A stretch of 64,000 bases of DNA from Macrostomum lignano (Eukaryota): assembly GCA_002269645.1 (NCBI GenBank), contig NIVC01000092.1, positions 1 to 64,000 of the forward strand, given 5' to 3'. Every line of letters begins with the position of its first letter. The first letter of the stretch is position 1. A model generated the notes under the pieces. That model was not told the origin of the DNA, made no database searches, and saw only the letters and a list, made by a program, of their open reading frames with translations. Positions 27,668-38,153 of this stretch are shown here, piece after piece. The position numbers and the translations under genes were made by a program.

Positions 27668-30600
27668 TCAGGGTGGTCGGATCCGTCCTGCAGCGTGATC
27701 TTCCGTGGTGAAGAAACTGGCTCGTCTAGTCGCCCGAAGGAACTGGATGAGCCGTGGGATGCTGTCGGGCTGGCAGACCTCGTCAATGGACGGGTTCGGC
27801 CCGAGGTAGCGTAGCCGGTCTCTGTTAAAGAAGGGGCAGTGACAGACAAAGTGCTGAGCATCTTCATTGTCGCACTCGCAAAAGGGGCAAATTTCGCTCT
27901 CGAGGTCGCCTCGGAGGAAGCAGTGCCTGACGAGGTAGCCATGGCCGGTAAGGGTCATGACAAAGGCTCGAATATCCTTCCGATTCTGGTTCAGAAGGAT
28001 GTTTCTGAGCCTGCGAGACGGGCAAGGAACCGCGGCACGAGATTGCCGGCAGTTTTGGGTGCCCGCCCATCTGTCCCTGTGGAGGGAGTCAGCCCAGTCG
28101 TCGATCTGACGATTGATGACTGTCAAGGGCATAGGGACCAGGGGGGCAGGGCCGAAGAAAGAGCCAGAGCCGCCCCTCTTGGCGAGGGTGTCTGCCAGCT
28201 CGTTCCCCGGAAACTCTGCGTGTCCTGGGATCCACTTCAGCCTGACAGTATTGCTTCTGGTCAGGAGGTTGAGCTGCCGGGCGCAGTCGGCAACTGTCCG
28301 GGAGTTCGTTGTGGTGTGGCAAAGGGCCTGTAAGGCCGCTTGGCTGTCGGAGTGGATGACAATAGTCTTTCCTCTCGTAACCTTGGCGTTCAGCTCTGCA
28401 GCGCAAGAGCTGATGGCAAGGACTTCGTTCTGGAAGACTGTGGAGAGTCTACCAGTGTGCTGGGCATGCGTGGCAATTACGCGGCCGTTAATGATGATGC
28501 AGACCCCAAAGCCGGCGCGACCGTCTTTGATGGATCCGTCCGTGTAGCAATGGACCTCCTGGAAATTCAAGTGGTCATTGGCAGCATCCCTAGAGGGGAT
28601 GGTGACCTTGTAGCGCTGAAAGAGGTTGAGAGTGCGGGGTTCGCCGTCAGATAGGACGTGGATCCCGCCGCTGTCTCTCAAGTCCTTGAGGCAGAGGTCA
28701 GCGTGGGGCAGAAGCTTGCGCTTAGCCATGGCCCTATGGGGCTGGATTCGAATGCCAGCGTCAGCTAGACGGCGGGCAGTCTTAGCCGCTTCCCTGCGGA
28801 CAAAGATGTCCAGCGGAGGAATGTTGAGGAAGGCGTTGAGGCCATCGTAAGGAGCAGACGGAGGGGCGCTCATGATCGTGCGACATGCGCGCCCTTGCGC
28901 TCTCCTGAGAGCCTCTAGACAGGTCTTTATCTGCAGGGCGCTAGCCCAGATCAGGCCGGCTTACGAGATAGCGGGCCTAACCATTGCAGTGTAGATCCAC
29001 CAGAGGCGCTTGGGGGTGAGCCCCCAGGTGGTGCCGACAGCCCTGCGCAATTGCGTGAGGACTGCGAAGGCCTTTTTGGCTTTTGTTTGAACGTGGGGTG
29101 ACCAGTTCAGCCTGTGGTCCAGGGTAATACCCAGACATTTAGTCTGCTTGCAGAAGGGGATTTCCCTTCCGTAAAGCGTGAGCGGCCGAATCTGCCACTT
29201 GGTCCTGCTGGTGAACATGATCGCTGCGGTCTTAGTCTCAGAGAGCCTTAAACCACAGCGGTCCGCCCATTGCTCAGCGGCGTAGATAAAGTTCTGAAGA
29301 AGGTCCCTGAGGGTATCAGGGGACGGACCAGATGCCACCGCGGTGACATCGTCCGCATAACCAACTTTCAGAATGGGGTCAGGCCGAACATCCCGGAGGA
29401 GCTCATCGATGACCATATTCCAGAGAACTGGAGACAGCACCCCACCTTGCGGGCTACCTTTGCAGACGGGGACCGTCCTCTGGTAGCCCAGCAGACTGGC
29501 GGTGGCCGTGCGATGGCTGATCATGTACATGATCCATCTGGTGAGATGTGGGTGCGTTTGCCTCTCACAAAGAGCTCTTCGGAACGCCTCAAAGAGGACG
29601 TTATCGAAGGCGCCAATGATGTCCAGGAAGATCCCCAGAGCAAAGCCATTACCAAGCACGGCCTTCTCGAGTTTATCGACCAGGACGTGTAGCGCGCTTT
29701 CAGTGGAGCGACCCGCCCGAAAAGCGTGCTGGTTCTCGCTGAGAGGTTTGTTCTTCAGCTCAACAGAGAGAAGGCGCCAAAGCACCAGTCTCTCCATCAG
29801 CTTGACCAGGGAGGAGGTCAAGCTGATCGGTCTAAAGGATTTGATAGAATGGTAGTCCGGGCGGCCTGGCTTAGGGATAAAGATCACCTTTGCCTCAATG
29901 CCTCGGTCCATGCCTGTGGGACATAACCAAGCGTGATGCATGCCCGAAGAAGGCTGCAAAGTTTGCGCAGGAAGCCTGGGCATTTAACCGCCTCTCTTAG
30001 GAGGGCCGGTACAATGCCGTCGGGTCCTGGGGCTTTGAAAGGCTTGAAGGAATTTGCCGCTCTCACGATGCGGTCCTCCGTGATGATAGAGGCAGCCAGC
30101 GCGTGACCTCCCTCCGAGTGATCCGGAGTGGTCTGGTTAGCTGGCTCGTTTGGGAAAAACGCAGTGAGCATTACATCAAGCGTTTCCCCTGGGTTGTCCG
30201 TGGACGTACCGTCGGTGCGTTTGACCGAGGAGAGCTTAGACATTTTGTCCAGCGTGAGCGCTTTCACAACTCTGGAGGTGGGGCGTGAGCCCTCTAGCTC
30301 CTCACAGTATTGTCGCCATTTTTGAGCCTTTGCATTCCTAACCTGCCTTTTAAACTCATGGATTGCTTCATGATAGGCGGTTTGGTCTGCAGGGCTCTTA
30401 GTTTTAGTTGCTCTGCGGTGGAGTCTCTTAGCCCTGCGACGGAGGTTGCCGAGCTCGGGATTCCACCACGGCGCCGATTTTTTCCCTTTATAGGCTTTTA
30501 AAGGGCAGGACGCCTCAAAGGCGGCGGTTAGCGTCTCTGTCAAAACAGTCGCGCACTCATCCGCCTCTCGGCACGACGTGATCGTGGATGGTTGGCCAGG

Positions 30601-31382
30601 AGACCGATGGAATTCCTTCAGGGCGAGCCCGAAGGTTTCCCAATCAGTATTTCTGGCGTTCCGTCTCCACGTAACACGAGTTGCGCTACGCGCGGCCATT
30701 AGGTTGAAGGAGATGAACTTGTGATCCGAGAGTGAGGACACTGGAAGCACCCGCCACGCCCCAATACTCTGGTAGAGTCTGGGCGTTGCGAGCGTAGCGT
30801 CGATCACCTCCGACCACCGTCCGTTGTCAAAGGTAGGGGTGGACCCAGAGTTGCAGAACTCGAGGGTCGTAGAGGCAACGTAGGCTAGGAGGTCTTCGCC
30901 TCTCTGATTAATGCCAGTGCTGCCCCAGTGAGTGTGGTGGGCGTTGATGTCGCCGGCAACCATGAGCTCGTAGTTTTTGGCAGAGCAGAGCTCTACCAGC
31001 GTAGCGAGGGCTCTGGGGACGACCGCAGCATCGCCTGGTAGGTAAACCGAGGCAATGAGGGTGGTCTTCCCAGGAAGAAGGTCCTCGGATTGGATGACGC
31101 AGATGTCCCTGTTGGACAGGTCCGATCTGAGCCACGCACTGAGCGTTTTGCTCGCAAAGATGCAAGCTCTGGGAGGCTGGTTGGCCTCGCGAGGGTAAGT
31201 ATAAAAACAATTGTAGCCAGCAGGGGCGTTTTGAGGCTTACCCTGAGAGTCCAGGGTTCCTGGACGAGGATGAGCCCCGGCTTGTCGAGCTCGGCGTAAC
31301 GCATAAGGTTGACCGAGGCTGCGACGCAGTGCTGCAGATTAATCTGCAGGCAATGGATTCCCTGGTTGCTGATCATTATCAC
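27668..31382 (-). pseudogene. LINE ORF2 (AP endonuclease, reverse transcriptase, RNase H, CCHC finger), disrupted
   Basis: Motifs LQINLQH..LVQEPW, AGDINAHH..WGS, TPTF, SDHKFI, APGPDG, FRPISL, KGSPQGGVLSPVLW, YADD, YTDGS...QNEVLAI..SDSQAAL..WIPGH..GNELAD, LTGH..CPFC..EDAQHFVCHC. Frameshifts at ~31245 and ~29900 and an in-frame TAA at 28961-28963. Confidence 0.93.
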
Positions 31383-32842
31383 GCAGTTGGGGAATCGTTG
31401 AGCAGGTCATCCTCCTTTTCAGTGGTGGGTGACCCGCAGACCTCCATGGGAGTTTCAGCGTCCTCAGCAGTTAGGGTGGCTGTGGAGTCCTCCGCGGACG
31501 TGAGCCCAGCGTGGACGTTACCGTCGCCTCCCCTGCGTGCTTCGGTGCTGTCACTGCCCGTCCCCTCTGCCTCGTCGGTCAGGTCGATGCGGGTGGCGCC
31601 AGCCTCCTGGTGAGTCACAGACTCGAACCAGTCGGTCGGAGCCTCCCCGCTTAGAGTCTGGCCTTCTGGCTGTTGGGGTGGAGCGCGAGAAGCGCGGGCC
31701 CGCTCACGATGCGCACGAAGGTTCTTGGCCTGGTCCAGCGCGCGCTGGATCAGGCCGGACCTCCGGGTGCTCCTGGCGGGTCTGCGATTGCGACTTCCGG
31801 TTTCAGCAGCGCGAACTGCCTTACCGGGCATAGGATCGGCCGTTTGCCTCGGCTTCTTTGCCGGAGGAGCCTGGGCCCCAGTTCCGGTTTCGGAAGCCTT
31901 GGCATTCTTGGCTTCATCAGCTTTCCGCTCCTCGCAACGGAGGATGGTCAGCTGAGTCAGACCAATATGAATTGTGGACTTAGGCGGCAAGCGTTTAGCC
32001 CAGTCATCAGAGAGCCCTAGGATCACCGTAGCCCCCTTCTCCTTGCGAGAAGTGGCGTGGTGTAGGAGCCCGTTGACCTCAAGGTCGGGGTGCAGCTTTA
32101 GCAATATTTGCCTAAGCTGATCTCCGGACTTAATGGCACTGCCGGCCGGGATCCAGACGCGAAAGCGCTGGGTCTTCTGTCGTTCGCCCTCGCTGGCGAA
32201 GACGAGCTTGCCGAGCTTCTTGGGCCAGTTCAGCTTTGGCAGAAGCTCGCGTAGATTGCGGCTGCTCTCCTCCGAGCTGCACCAGATGAAGATGCAGCCG
32301 TCGGTCTTGGCAGACTTGACCACGCTCACAGGGCGGCCCGCCAGGAGCTGGTCGATGAGCGCAGCATCGATGGTGCGCCAGGCACTGTCGAGCTCGTCGG
32401 CCGTGAGGTCCTGCTCTTCCCCGAAGACGATGACCGCCGGTTGGAGCTTGACCTTTGAGGCGTAGTTGGTGGCGGCGGTTCCCGAAGGCCCGGCCGCGCT
32501 TGTAGCAGGTATACTGGGTGGCTCACCAGCGGGGGTTGTATCCTGGGGGGCAGGGGTTGCTGTGGTTCCTTTCGGCCCAACAGCAGCCTCGCCCTCCCTA
32601 GGTTCCCCCTCCGCCGGTGGCCGGCCCGCAGTACCCCGTAGTCGCCGTCGCCGCTCGTTGCGGCGTTGGTTGCGGGTGCGTCGGGCTTCAGCGGAGGGCC
32701 CGGTTGCGCGTGCGGGCATGTCACCGGCCGAGCCGGCGGCAAGCCCATCTGCCCCCGGTGCGGCGGCGCTGGTGCCAGAGTCACCGGCCGGAGTTGCCGG
32801 GGCCCCGGCTTCAGCGGGGTTGAAAGAGGCGGATGACGCCAT
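31379..32842 (-). CDS. LINE ORF1 (gag-like, probable DUF4780-like core, no CCHC knuckle seen)
   Basis: Open ~487 aa from ATG 32842, immediately upstream of ORF2, with a basic RRNQRRNERRRR stretch. The central GCIFIWC...FRVWIP...GATVILGL segment resembles R1/LOA ORF1 cores. Confidence 0.8.
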   Translation of the reverse strand: MASSASFNPAEAGAPATPAGDSGTSAAAPGADGLAAGSAGDMPARATGPSAEARRTRNQRRNERRRRLRGTAGRPPAEGEPREGEAAVGPKGTTATPAPQDTTPAGEPPSIPATSAAGPSGTAATNYASKVKLQPAVIVFGEEQDLTADELDSAWRTIDAALIDQLLAGRPVSVVKSAKTDGCIFIWCSSEESSRNLRELLPKLNWPKKLGKLVFASEGERQKTQRFRVWIPAGSAIKSGDQLRQILLKLHPDLEVNGLLHHATSRKEKGATVILGLSDDWAKRLPPKSTIHIGLTQLTILRCEERKADEAKNAKASETGTGAQAPPAKKPRQTADPMPGKAVRAAETGSRNRRPARSTRRSGLIQRALDQAKNLRAHRERARASRAPPQQPEGQTLSGEAPTDWFESVTHQEAGATRIDLTDEAEGTGSDSTEARRGGDGNVHAGLTSAEDSTATLTAEDAETPMEVCGSPTTEKEDDLLNDSPTA

Positions 32843-33062
32843 AACTGAAAGCGGGAAGGAGTGAGCTGAGTCACAAAAGAAAGAGGAAAGAAGAAAAAGA
32901 AAAGGACCGCTAGCGACCGGACAACCCCCGGCCTTCCAGCCCATCGGCACGGTCAAACACCTTAGGCATTAGGGGGTACGTTAAGCAGTACCACGGCCTG
33001 CAGGCTGGCAAGCCAGACCCGCATACCCAAGTTCGGCCGAAGCCACTGGATGGGTCGCCAGC

Positions 33063-33311
33063 GTCGGAGCCCAGTCTGTCCAGCAGCCCTAGGGTCTGCC
33101 TTGAACACACGCGGGGACGAGTACCCTGGGTCGACTTGTGAAACAGCGTGGGGGGGGGTCTGCGGCTGCCAGCGGCAAATAGCGGGTGCAGACCTCCCTC
33201 TCCAGCCTTGACCTGCTGAAGATAGGGGCAGGCGTGAAGCATCGCAGACCGTAGCCCATAGGCCTGGTCTGTCTCATACTTCACTGGCGTGCTGAATACA
33301 CCTTCGCGTGC
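33063..33311 (-). ncRNA. Predicted HDV-like self-cleaving ribozyme at the LINE 5' terminus
   Basis: P1 GCACGCG (33311-33305) pairs with CGCGUGU (33113-33107), opening with a G1-U wobble. P3 GGG/CCC encloses L3 UACUCGU. P1.1 is A-U plus C-G. A P4 hairpin is followed by J4/2 CAGA (C at 33078). P2 is gucg..ccca(g)/(c)uggg..cgac. J1/2 is ~170 nt. Confidence 0.75.
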
Positions 33312-33652
33312 CGTTGTCTGCCCAGTCTAGGGATTAGGGATCCAAGATTGGGGTTAGGGATCTAAGATTGGGGTTAGGGATCTAAGATTGGGATTAGGGA
33401 TCTAAGATTGGGATTAGGGATCTAAGATTGGGATTAGGGATCTAATATTTGGATTTTATGGATCCAAGATCGGGATTTTATGGATTTAAGATTGGGATTT
33501 TATGGATCTAAGATTGGGGTTAGGGATCTAAGATTGGTATTATGGATCTTAGATTCGGATTCGGGATCTTAGATTAGGATTAGGGATCTAAGATTGGGAT
33601 TAGGGATCTAAAATTAGGACTTCGTGCCCCAACGTCCCCCCCCACCCGCCAG

Positions 33653-34189
33653 GCCGGTCCGGACGTTGTCTGCCCAGTCTGCGCCTGCGTGCCCAGCAGC
33701 GGCCCCTGCCCGCGCATGCGCAGCCTTGTGCGCCACCTGCTGCGCGACCACGCCGCCGACGCCGCCGCAACAGCCGCAGCGGCAGCCGCTTCAGGCGGCG
33801 CCTCCTCCGCTGCCGCCGCCGCCGCAGCCGCCGCGGCGAACCGACGGCGCCACCCCGCCGGCGACCCGATCACGGAGCTGCTGGCTCAGCTGGGCGGCAG
33901 GGCGCCGTCCAATTTGGAGTTGCAGCTGCGCAGGTCGCGCCTTCTCGAACGGCATCCGGTGATATCCGGCAGTTCCACGGCGACGGCTACGGCGACGGCT
34001 ACGTCTACAGCGGCTGCGGGTGCTGCTGCATCGGCGCCGGCTGCAGAGACAGCGCAGGCCGTGGCTAGTAAAAAACAGCAGCAGCAGCAGCAGTCACATA
34101 GCCAGCGGTATCCGCTGCTGCACTCTCTGGCTACTGCTGATGCATCGGCCGCAGCCAACTCCGACGCTGCTGCTGCCCTTGATGCCCAG
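33653..34189 (+). CDS. KCMF1: KCMF1 exon (second zinc-finger region, Ala-rich linker)
   Basis: CCGCCAG acceptor, then AGPDVVCPVCACVP...RHLLRDH...DPITELLAQLGG (cf. KCMF1 VICPIC, DPIAELLSQLSG), then a CAG|GTAATT donor. Phase 0, in frame with the previous exon. Confidence 0.88.
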
Positions 34190-34249
34190 GTAATTGGCGG
34201 TTTTCGCTTTTGGAATTCAGAATTTCGGGTTTCCAGATGCGGTGTATTG

Positions 34250-34600
34250 GTATTCTGAAATGGGGTATTGGCTATTGGGATTCTGAAGTGGTATTAAGAA
34301 TGAGATTCAGAAGTGGAGTATTAGGATTCTGAAGTGGGGTATTGGGATTCTGAAATGGGGTATTGGGATTCTGAAATGGGGTATTGGGATTCTGAAGTGG
34401 GGTATTGGGATTCTGAAATGGGGTATTGGGATTCTGAAATGGGGTATTGGGATTCTGAAGTGGGGTATTGGGATTCTGAAATGGGGTATTGGGATTCTGA
34501 AATGGGGTATTGAGATTCAGAAGTGAGGTATTGGGATTCTAAAGTGGGGTATTGGGAATCTGAAGGGGGTATTGGGATTCAGAAGCGTGGTATTGGGATT
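34250..34600. repeat. Intronic 21-bp G-rich minisatellite
   Basis: Unit GGGGTATTGGGATTCTGAAAT. Confidence 0.93.
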
Positions 34601-34734
34601 CAAAAGTAGGGTGTTGGGATCATATATTGTGGTTTGCAATTGCGACTCGGGTTAAAAATCTGGGGTGAATTATTAAATGACCTGACAAAGCCTGCAGTAT
34701 AGATAAGATGACCTTTCTTTTCCCGATTCACCAG

Positions 34735-34806
34735 GTCGCCAGTCGCCTTGCAACTCAGCTGACCAACGGATTGCTGCAGCTTGGCGACTTTGATGACGCC
34801 GCGTGA
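34735..34806 (+). CDS. KCMF1: Probable terminal coding exon of KCMF1
   Basis: TTTTCCCGATTCACCAG acceptor, then VASRLATQLTNGLLQLGDFDDAA*, phase-compatible. Homology is weak. Confidence 0.55.
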   Translation, partial: VASRLATQLTNGLLQLGDFDDAA

Positions 34807-35029
34807 CTGATGCAGTTTTGGCACGCCTGATTTTACCTGGAACTGTCGTCAGCTTATAGAGATTGTAATTTAATTTGAAGTTGGATAGTTTCAAAATATT
34901 TTGTTTTTGTTAGGTGAGACTGTTTCCTGACTAAAATGCTGTTCATTCTCTTAGCTGGTCATGCTCTCGTATCAGTATGACCTCATCCTGTCCTGTAGTA
35001 CAATCCTTATCATCAATCATTTTTCAGTA

Positions 35030-35560
35030 TTATGACCCTCTCAATCTGCTCATTGTTCAGTAGCAGCATGACCCTCTCAATCTGCTCATTGTTCAGTAGC
35101 AGCATGACCCTCTCAATCTGCTCATTGTTCAGTAGCAGCATGACCCTCTCAATCTGCTCATTGTTCAGTAGCAGCATGACCCTCTCAATCTGCTCATTGT
35201 TCAGTAGCAGCATGACCCTCTCAATCTGCTCATTGTTCAGTAGCAGCATGACCCTCTCAATCTGCTCATTGTTCAGTAGCAGCATGACCCTCTCAATCTG
35301 CTCATTGTTCAGTAGCAGTATAACCCTCTCAATCTGCTCATTGTTCAGTAGCAGCATGACCCTCTCAATCTGCTCATTGTTCAGTAGCAGCATGACCCTC
35401 TTAATCTGCTCATTGTTCAGTAGCAGCATGACCCCCTCAATCTGCTCATTGTGACATGGGCATGACCCCTAATCTGCTCATTCTGACATGAGCGTGACCC
35501 CTAATCTGCTCATTCTGACATGAGCGTGACCCCTAATCTGCTCATTCTGACATGAGCATG
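35030..35560. repeat. 36-bp minisatellite with a shorter degenerate tail
   Basis: Unit ATGACCCTCTCAATCTGCTCATTGTTCAGTAGCAGC. Confidence 0.95.
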
Positions 35561-36039
35561 ACCACAAGTTCCCATAATCTGGTCATGCACAACCCCAGTC
35601 TGTCCTATTTTAAAACTATTATTAACAATTTGATATCACGGCGCTTTCACACTCAAGTTAGCCAGCGTTACGTGTGCTCTGATTGCTAATATTTACCTTC
35701 AGCCCTTATGGAGTACCTTGCTCTGCTCATATAAATCAATTTAGTGAAGTTCGGAAATTCTGTTAGACAAAGCAGTGTGTAAATTATTATAATATTTATT
35801 CTAGAGATGTGTTAGTCTTTCTGCGACCCCATTATCTCTGATTCTATCTATAGAATCAACTTCAAGATAATTGTATCCTAACTGGCATTGCTGTCAATAA
35901 TAAATTATTATTGACATTTTTATAGCTATTATTTAATATACTGCTTAATTCGTTATTTCTCTATACTCTGCAGTTTTTTACATGTTATTCAAGCTGTCAA
36001 TTAAAGAGGAATCTTACTTTGTGTATGCACCCTTACATC

Positions 36040-36815
36040 TAGATCCTTATTTTAAGTAATAATCACCCATATATCTAGATCCTTCATTTTTGAGAAGTCA
36101 CCCTTATATCTAGTTCCTCATTTTGAGTAGGCACCCTTATATCTAGATCCTCATTTTGAGTAGGCACCCTTATATCTAGATCCTCATTTTGAGTAGGCAC
36201 CCTTATATCTAGTTCCTCATTTTGAGTAGGCACCCTTATATCTAGTTCCTCATTTTGAGTAGGCACCCTTATATCTAGTTCCTCATTTTGAGTAGGCACC
36301 CTTATATCTAGTTCCTCATTTTGAGTAGGCACCCTTATATCTAGATCCTCATTTTGAGTAGGCACCCTTATATCTAGATCCTCATTTTGAGTAGGCACCC
36401 TTATATCTAGTTCCTCATTTTGAGTAGGCACCCTTATATCTAGATCCTCATTTTGAGTAGGCACCCTTATATCTAGATCCTCATTTTGAGTAGGCACTCA
36501 TATATCTAGATCCTTATTTTGAGTAGGCACCCTTATATCTAGTTCCTCATTTTGAGTAGGCACCCTTATATCTAGATCCTCATTTTGAGTAGGCACTCAT
36601 ATATCTAGATCCTTATTTTGAGTAGGCACCCTTATATCTAGTTCCTCATTTTGAGTAGGCACCCTTATATCTAGATCCTCATTTTGAGCATATCTAGATC
36701 CTCATTTTGAGTAGGCACTCATATATCTAGATCCTCATTTTGAGCATATCTAGATCCTCATTTTGAGTAGGTACCCTTAAATCTAGATCCTCATTTTGAG
36801 TAGGCACCCTTATAT
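36040..36815. repeat. 33-bp minisatellite
   Basis: Unit TATATCTAGATCCTCATTTTGAGTAGGCACCCT. Confidence 0.95.
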
Positions 36816-37369
36816 CTTCATCCTATTTTTTGAGTAAGCACGATCCTTATTCTTCTTAGCTTAAAAATAGGAATTATTTAATTATTGTTTTCGACTCGCG
36901 CTAAAGGCTGTACCGCTTTCACCTCGCTAACATTGATTGAACGCCAAAACTGTGTTTTGAAATGTATTATACCCCGATTCATAAAGCCAAGCTACACTAA
37001 AACTTGTCTGTTTAATTTGTCTTTTGCCTGTCCGTAGATCAATTATTAATAGAGTTGTACTTGCACATGCATGTACTTTAAGTTCGTAGTTGCTTTGTTA
37101 ATTGCTGTGTTAGCTTGTGTGCTTCAGATTCTCATTGGTTTCCTTCTGTATTCAGCATTACGGTGCATTGAAGATAAAAAATTAACGAAAATAATTTTAA
37201 CATATTTGATTCAGTTAATTGTGCTAATTTCAACAGTAAATTGATTCTATTCATTTTTTATTAAAAATCTTTTGTTATAATGTGTTCTTTTTACAAACAT
37301 AGCGTTAGCCAGCTTTAAGATTCGTTTGAATTATAGCCAGTGCCGTACGCACAATTTTATAAGTTTGAG

Positions 37370-37800
37370 TACCATTGATGCCTATTGAGTTCCAAGGTTA
37401 TCGATTAAGTTCAAAGGTCGTCAATTGAGCTCCAAGGTCGTTTCAAGGCCCTCTATTGAGTTCCAAGGCCGTTTCAAGGTCGTCAATTGAGTTCCAAGGC
37501 CGTTTCATGGCCGTCTATATTTTCAAGGTCGTCATTTGAGTTTAAAGGTCGTTTCAAGGTCGGAAATTGAGTTCCAAGGCCGTTTCAAGGTCGTCAATTG
37601 AGCTCCAAGGTCGTTTCAAGGTCGTCATTTGAATTCAAAGGTCGTTTCAAGGTCGGAAATTGAGTTCCAAGGTCGTTTCGAGGTCCGAAATTGAGTTCCA
37701 GAGTTGTCAATTACGTTCCAGTTTCGTAAATTTAAGTTTTCAAAGTGTCAATTGAGTTCCTAGGTCGTTGATTGAGTTCTTGTGTAGCTAATTTAAGTTC
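37370..37800. repeat. Degenerate tandem repeat
   Basis: Recurrent ATTGAGTTCCAAGGTCGTTTCAAGGTCG variants. Confidence 0.75.
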
Positions 37801-38153
37801 CAGTGTCGACACACCCAGTAACCCAGTAAGGGATTAATTTGAGTTTTTCTAAACTAAAAGCAGCGTACAAAAATAGACATATGATTGCGAGAGTAAAGGA
37901 AAATACAAACACTAGTAGTAATAATTAATGATTTATGCAAAATGGTTCAGCTGTCTACTTGCAGTTGTAGCCGGAAAACACAAGCAATTTGTCCGCAAAT
38001 ATAAAAACCGGCATCGATTTGCAAAGTTCACTATTTAATAATATTATGCAAAAATACAATATTAGCTCTACTCTACTTCCAGTAGACAAATAAAAATCCT
38101 AAAACATGCTGAAATGATTAGCGTGCTATACATCGCATCTGTTTATGTAACTG

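Larger units (their letters stand above)
27556..33312 (-). mobile_element. Full-length non-LTR retrotransposon (R1/LOA-like; ORF1 + APE-RT-RNase H-CCHC ORF2), 5757 bp
   Basis: 11-bp TSD GTTGTCTGCCC at 27545-27555 and 33313-33323. Short repeat tail (TAAGTCAAG) at the 3' end, two ORFs and a long 5' UTR. Confidence 0.95.

Noticed and set aside
27505-33284. Numerous antisense or alternative-frame ORFs over the LINE, and shadow ORFs over KCMF1, the M13 peptidase, lectins and scramblases
   Set aside because: By-products of GC-rich coding sequence on the opposite strand or frame.
27230-33680. Reading the ~330-bp direct repeats as LTRs
   Set aside because: They are host intron/exon sequence. The element is an APE-type non-LTR with its own 11-bp TSD and no integrase, PBS or TG..CA ends.
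35013-36497. ORFs with 12-aa and 11-aa periodicity (also 56070-56513, 58401-59031, 59279-60188, 60776-62091, 62797-63234)
   Set aside because: Frame-preserving minisatellite units, mostly intronic, open in several frames and strands, with no coding signal.
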